Position numbers and translations under genes: made by a program. A stretch of DNA of 63,236 nucleotides, counting the filler, from Syncephalis fuscata S228 (Eukaryota > Fungi > Zoopagomycota), in NCBI GenBank assembly GCA_025786725.1. It is 3 parts of 3 records of this genome, joined end to end, with 100 filler letters (N's around TTAATTAATTAA, not from the genome) between each part and the next. Parts side by side here need not be neighbours in the genome. Positions count along the whole stretch, not along the records: positions 46,061 to 63,236 come from JAHLTZ010000196.1; 2 more parts are not named here. The stretch is one strand, 5' to 3'. Shown here piece by piece: positions 54,338 through 63,236 of this stretch; the first letter of the stretch is position 1; each line of letters opens with the position of its first letter. The notes beneath the pieces are model-generated. The model was not told the origin of the DNA and made no database searches. It saw nothing but the letters and a program-made list of their open reading frames with translations.

Positions 54338-55918
54338 ATGATGATCCACAACCAGAGACTATTATTTGCAACACTCCCGCTAGATATTTACAAAGAGCTG
54401 GCCAATTGTCTCGATGGTCCCGAATTAGTTCAGTTATTACGTGTAAATAAACGTATCAGTAGCTTTTTATTGGAGTATAATAAACGATGGAAAGCCCTTT
54501 ATGAGAGCAGATATAATCTACAGCACTACAAAGAACGGACCTGGTTTCGCTGGTTTTTGAGTGGATGCCGTGGTCCTAAGGGTCTATCAGTTCCATGGGC
54601 ACTTGCCTATTGCTTACGTTGGCAAACCGAGCAAAATATTCGTGGTCAAAACTACAATTTATATTCCGTAGACATCAATAGTGATATGAGCCTTTGTATT
54701 GCTATGTCTCGTAGTAGTTATATAGTGCTAGATTCGCTTGTATATAGCAAAGCAATTCTGTTAACTCTTCCTCCACCACACTTTGCTAAATCGACACTAA
54801 CTTTTACATCAAGAACTGACATTAAACAGCAGCACTTTAATTACGCAGACTACAACTATCACGATAAAAGCCACTTTCGTTTTACCGACCATTATTTAGT
54901 TGCTCGTAGGCTACATTTCGAACCAGGTTTGCATGTACGCCCACTTGGACGCGGTACATCATTTCACGTTGAATGTGGACTTGAAGACAATTACAAAGGC
55001 GTTAATCCAAATCGATCACTTGATGGATTCGAAACAAACTATATGACTGGTCATTATTATGCTATCACTTCGAGCTATATGGACATTGGATCACAGTGGT
55101 GCCTGGCTATTGTGCCGACAGATCCACAACAGAATGGCAATCATCATCGTGTGTATCATTTGGCAACACGACGATGGTGTAGCGAGCAATTAGTCACACC
55201 TATGGAAAATGCTACCTGGAGAGGAGCAAGGCTATGGCGAGAATACTCAAACTTTTGTATTGTGGCTATTCTAAATACACAACAAAGTAACGATAACCGT
55301 AGACAATTAGTACTACAGCTATGGCAGTTTTCATTAATTGCTGTATCTCCTCGATGCATCTATACAAAGGTATTTTTAATCCAAGAGGATCTGGAATGTG
55401 GTCGGGATTTCAATAGCCATATCTATCGTTTACCTGATGATTGGCTTCATATGCAAGTTACTACAGCAACGTCGCTAGATATTAATATTTTCTATCAGCC
55501 AGAAGTGAAACTATTAGCCTCATCGACCGCTTTATACACTAATAATGAGGCATATGTTGAAATAATGGATAAAAATTGTTGGCGTACCGATAAAGCAGAA
55601 ATAATTAAGACACAATACTATATACTCGATAAAAACCGAATTGCCGCTTATACTCATGAAAATAATATGATTATCTATTCTTTATTGGATGGAACAATAT
55701 TGTGGCGTGGTGTCATTGGCCACTATCCACTTAGAACTTTACTGAATGAAATAATTTATTTTGAAGACAATGGTCAAATACACCAAATGGACCTTGAACA
55801 ATATCAATCAGCATCCATGGCATCATCTATTGGGAAGATAAAATCATCTGAACGATACCTGACCACTCTTTCTAGCGATAGTAAAAGTTCATTATTTATT
55901 TATGACTTTTCATTTTAG
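54338..55918 (+). CDS. Intronless F-box protein, lineage-specific family
   Basis: LPLDIYKELANCLDGPELVQLLRVNK...WKALY F-box at the N-terminus; 526-aa ORF. Confidence 0.75.
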   Translation: MMIHNQRLLFATLPLDIYKELANCLDGPELVQLLRVNKRISSFLLEYNKRWKALYESRYNLQHYKERTWFRWFLSGCRGPKGLSVPWALAYCLRWQTEQNIRGQNYNLYSVDINSDMSLCIAMSRSSYIVLDSLVYSKAILLTLPPPHFAKSTLTFTSRTDIKQQHFNYADYNYHDKSHFRFTDHYLVARRLHFEPGLHVRPLGRGTSFHVECGLEDNYKGVNPNRSLDGFETNYMTGHYYAITSSYMDIGSQWCLAIVPTDPQQNGNHHRVYHLATRRWCSEQLVTPMENATWRGARLWREYSNFCIVAILNTQQSNDNRRQLVLQLWQFSLIAVSPRCIYTKVFLIQEDLECGRDFNSHIYRLPDDWLHMQVTTATSLDINIFYQPEVKLLASSTALYTNNEAYVEIMDKNCWRTDKAEIIKTQYYILDKNRIAAYTHENNMIIYSLLDGTILWRGVIGHYPLRTLLNEIIYFEDNGQIHQMDLEQYQSASMASSIGKIKSSERYLTTLSSDSKSSLFIYDFSF

Positions 55919-56695
55919 CAATCCAAATAAAAGTTTATAAATATTGGCGATGAAAATATAATGTGTATGACAGCAAGATGGATTGATATTTACAATAAAT
56001 ACAGTCTGTAATAAACATATAGTTTTTATTAATAGCCCTAATCAGTGGATAATATATTGATCGATAATATGCTGAATGAATAAATCGTGGCTGAAGAATA
56101 AGAATACATAACAGTGTGGTATTGTCATTGTAAATAGAATGTAGAGTATAAGAATGATGATTACATAATATCATTTGTTACTTATCTTGTTAGTATTCAA
56201 TAAACTTAATCTTTTAAAAATATTATTATTTGAATCAAAGTATAATAGCATGAATACAGGCAGCAATACTAATGCCTTACCTCTAAATATATATATACGG
56301 CATAATAACCAGGAAAAACAGTGCAAAACAAGAAAATAATACAACACCGTAAAAACATTAATGCATAAAAAGAAGTACTGATAAGTAAAATTGCTCAAAT
56401 AATAAGAAAGAGTGAAGAAAGAGCAGTCAATGGAAAGAGTATTGACAGTAGTATATCGCGCTACCACTATCAAGATTGCAGAGTTATTGCCAGATAACCT
56501 GCAATTGCAATCAATAGTAACAACAAAATATACAACGAGTATTACAAATATTAATAAAAATATAGTTGCTTGTAAATTATTAAAAGCAATTTGGTATTGT
56601 ACTTGACCAGCTCCATTTTTATAAAAGCATTAAGACAGCTTTTCATCGTAATTAAGCCGTTTATTACATAATAATTATTGAACAATAGCAAATTA

Positions 56696-57721
56696 TCAAT
56701 CTATAGTCATATCAACGATGGGTTGATCATTTATATAATTACTATCCAGTTGTCTTTCCTCTTCATCTTCTGACGGTAGTTCTTCAATCGTAAGACCTGG
56801 GTAATTGCTGTGTTGATACTCTGTAATTGGATATTGATTATTGGGCCGATAAAGCGCCATAGTACCTGTTGATGGATTATCTTCATAATGAGTATAATTA
56901 GAGTGTGACCAGTGTTGTGTAGGTATTGGTGGTATTGTTGTTTCTTTTGCACACCACCAATGATCCGATGAACTAGGAAAGGTAATTTTATCTGGTAATC
57001 GTGATGTTGTAGATTTACCTTGAGACCACGGCACAAGATCTAATGACAAAACATTTGATGGCTGCTGTTGTTGCTCAGACATAGTTGCATCGAGTAAATC
57101 ACCATTTACTTGCTGCCTATTATTATTAACTGATGGTAAAGGTTCCCATGTATCCATCGATATAAGGCGGGTGCTATTCTCGTTTGACAAAGATTTACCA
57201 TTGTAATTATTTAAATGATCTGATATAGTAGCTGAGCCAATAGAACGATTTGCATCATTGTAACGCGCTCGTTTCTTTGATGACGATAATGAAGGTGTTG
57301 ATACAATTGGATATGACATAGAAGGTGACCGTACATTAAAAGAACGATGTTCATCATAATAGTTAGTGTTGTCGCCACCACCACCATAATCATCATCATC
57401 GTTATCATTTCGTCTTCGTTTACTGTGTAGTTGTGGTGATTTCGGCACTGGCTTCACTGTATGACACCAATTGGATGTACGTAATCTTTTTAAATCTACT
57501 GCCACATCTTCATTATCTTGATCAAAATGATCATAATTTTGAGATCGTTTTTGAGGTCGAGAATTTCTTTCGTTATTAGCACATTGACTATTGTCTTCTG
57601 GTTCAATATTATTGTTTCTTTGTGGAATAAAAGGAGAAAGCAACGGGTTAGACCCATTTGACGAGACCAATGGCGTCTGATGACTCGGTTGGAAAGACGA
57701 AGAATACGAGTAATGGTTCAT
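56696..57721 (-). CDS. Hypothetical disordered protein
   Basis: 341-aa ATG-initiated ORF in AT-rich context; no recognised domain. Confidence 0.7.
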   Translation of the reverse strand: MNHYSYSSSFQPSHQTPLVSSNGSNPLLSPFIPQRNNNIEPEDNSQCANNERNSRPQKRSQNYDHFDQDNEDVAVDLKRLRTSNWCHTVKPVPKSPQLHSKRRRNDNDDDDYGGGGDNTNYYDEHRSFNVRSPSMSYPIVSTPSLSSSKKRARYNDANRSIGSATISDHLNNYNGKSLSNENSTRLISMDTWEPLPSVNNNRQQVNGDLLDATMSEQQQQPSNVLSLDLVPWSQGKSTTSRLPDKITFPSSSDHWWCAKETTIPPIPTQHWSHSNYTHYEDNPSTGTMALYRPNNQYPITEYQHSNYPGLTIEELPSEDEEERQLDSNYINDQPIVDMTID

Positions 57722-58168
57722 AGTGGAATACTGACCAAGTAGCTTGTGCTTAATAAATCAGTAAATAGATAGTTGAACAATTCACGACACAATAGCAATG
57801 CTTCAAATAATAGTCAACATAACAGTAACGACCCACTAATAGCATTTGCTGTAATAACTGTAAATAGTGGTCGTTTGAAGTGTATTGTCGTAAGTACAAG
57901 TGTAGTGAGTAATACGCAACTTCATTGCCTTAAAAGCAAGTAGAAAAAAGTGAAACATGAAACCACCGGTGTTTGTAATAAGAAATCGAGTCATTCAACT
58001 AGAATAAAAGATATAGAGTTCACTTATAAATAAATAGCAGCAGTCGCACTTTGTAGAGACAAATAGAAGAATATTAATAGTGTGGTGTAACAAGTGGTTA
58101 GAAAAGAAATTGCTAGAAGATTCACGAAATATTAATATAGTTTATTTAATTTATTTATATAATAATAT

Positions 58169-61211
<3,043 letters not shown>

Positions 61212-61317
61212 AATATTTAATATAAATATTGATACAAGTATGAATATCAATGGTCAATCAGTATGAAAGAGAGAGAAAGAGAGAAAAGAAGAAAAATATT
61301 TCTTGTTCTTATTCACC

Positions 61318-62575
61318 ATGTTACGACGCGTAGTCATGTCGACTGTAGTGTCACGTCCACTGCTTGTCTCTAACGGTTAACTACCGGTATTATGAGTGGC
61401 CAGCAGTATCATTGTTATACTGGTATGGGTCTACACTCTAATGTACGCCCTAGTCTAGTTCGGCCAACACCGATGACAACAATGATGAAGCGTTACTATG
61501 CTGCTGACCCACAAGCTAACAAAGCACGAGCCAAATCATATATGGCGTAAGTAATACTCTATTAGAATAGATTAATTAACAATAGACTAACTACTATCAA
61601 TATAAATATCAATATAATTGATGACATCTTAATAGTTATTTAACTGGAAAGCAACTGCTTTATTTGTAGGTACAGGTATTGGTTTATTCTGGTATTTCCG
61701 TTCAGAAAAGAAGAAAATAGAAGAGACACGTAAGTATTAGTTAATTAAATATTAAATATTGCCATAATAACATAATGTGAATAGGCAAAGAGCAATATGC
61801 TACCAAGAGTTACGGTAAACCAAAACTTGGTGGTCCATTTGAACTCGTTGATCATCATGGTGAAATACGATCTGATCGAGATTTTCTCGGTAAATATATG
61901 TTGGTCTATTTTGGATTTACGCATTGTCCGGATATTTGTCCCGAGGAACTTGATAAAATGGCTGAGGTTGTCGATGCACTCGGTAAGTAAATAGTTAATT
62001 ATTGTTGTTGTTATATTGTTATGTTATTAATGTTATGCTTAGATAAAGTACCCAAATTAAAAGATGCGGTTGTTCCTGTATTCATTACATGTGATCCAAA
62101 CGTGATACAGTAGAACGCGTACGTCGCTATGTTAAAGGTAATTACATAGATGATAACGATATAGTATATGTTATATACCATTATTATATATCCTATCTTT
62201 ATTAATAACATTTTATTTTAATTAGAATTCCATCCTAAAATGATTGGATTGACCGGTACACACGAACAAATAGCTCAAGTAGCCCGTGCCTATCGTGTCT
62301 ACTATAGTAAACCACCCGATGCTCAAGAAGGAGAAGACTATTTGGTTGATCATTCCATCTTCTTCTACTTGATGGATCCTCATGGCCAATTGGCAGACTT
62401 TTACGGCAAAGATTTCTCAGCTGAATATGTAGAGAAGAGTATTCAAAAACATATGAATGATTATTTGGCTACTACTAATGGTCAATGGGTGGATGTCTCT
62501 TCACCAGTAACACTGCCATCATCATCATCTTCATCATCCTCGGCTACAATGACTTCAAATAAATCGTCACAGTAA
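61318..62575 (+). CDS. SCO1: Cytochrome c oxidase copper chaperone
   Basis: [46 protein letters not shown]. Confidence 0.93.
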
Positions 62576-62736
62576 TAATAAAGCCCGTCTTTTTTCCGAT
62601 ATACTCCGGTTCATCCCGATTCACAGTGAATTACTAGAGCTATATTAGCGTTATAAACAACTTGTATTCTTTCTTTCGGTATCGACTGCTCATTCTGTTC
62701 TTTTCTATCTTTATTACTTATTGCTATAGCGTTGAA

Positions 62737-63236
62737 ATGTATCGTGTCTTGCAATCTTCTGCGTCGGCGCGTGCCGTTTACAAGTCGATGTCGGTAAGTA
62801 TTATATATATATCTATATAATATAGTTTGACAATACGTGCTATTTACTAATCACTTGGTTATTAGGCACGTCGCAATATTTCGTCTTCGCTGGCTGCTTT
62901 GGTAAGTTTACATGCATGCTATAGTTGTGTTTGTTAGTGTTTATTTATGGATCTATTAAAGATATGAATGGAGCATATATATACAAGGGTAATAGTGCTG
63001 TTGTTGTCGCTCGTTGACGTCACTCCTTCTTTTATACCTTCAATTTAAAATTGCTTCTTCGTCTCCTTTGTTGTTCTTTTTCTCTACGTTATTATTGCTG
63101 AATAACTGACTAACCAACACTACTATGGATACTGCGACACAACAGCAACAATTTCGCGTGGAACGTGATACTTCGGCGAATTAAAGGTGCCGGCCGACCG
63201 ATACTGGGGCGCTCAAACTCAGCGGTAACTATATTA
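62737..63236 (+). CDS. FUM1: Fumarate hydratase, 5' part (runs off the window)
   Basis: Presequence exons, then FRVERDT(F)GELKVPADRYWGAQTQR; a 1-nt deletion appears near 63171. Confidence 0.88.

Overview
Intron-rich, AT-rich eukaryotic DNA, most consistent with an early-diverging fungus (possibly a zoopagomycotan; this taxonomy is inference). Three contigs are joined by artificial N44-TTAATTAATTAA-N44 linkers at 23440-23539 and 45961-46060. Most of the window is ordinary housekeeping genes: PEX3, FYV4, BET4, an alpha/beta hydrolase, an acyl-CoA dehydrogenase, PRT1/eIF3b, a KCS1-like inositol polyphosphate kinase, a VAT-1-like oxidoreductase, an Rpr2/Snm1-like protein, verprolin, CK2 beta, an AASDH-like gene, a thioredoxin-like gene, CMC1, YEA4, an EAF-domain gene, an F-box gene, a DEAH helicase, SCO1 and FUM1, plus decayed MuDR transposon remnants. 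Main discovery: the two AT-rich ~80-bp 'satellites' (3456-6579, minus strand; 46061-47654, plus strand) are arrays of canonical spliceosomal introns separated by 3-nt microexons (YAG|NNN|GTAAGT). Manual splicing of locus 1 (signal-peptide exon, 33 microexons, terminal exon) gives an uninterrupted 66-aa prepropeptide, MKLSIAAVCIIVVALVAVTTMVDA-KPALVRR-DGAQYSSCMNRCRVWYNSEGFTTRCHNICKSLIDT*, with an alpha-hairpinin-like CX3C-X12-CX3C motif. The paralogous locus 2 has a closely similar 3' UTR but encodes a different Cys-rich peptide (...YGRWVRCAPKCQSCKCETC*). This looks like a family of secreted peptides written one codon per exon, invisible to the ORF track. Splicing is predicted from sequence only and is not confirmed by transcript data.
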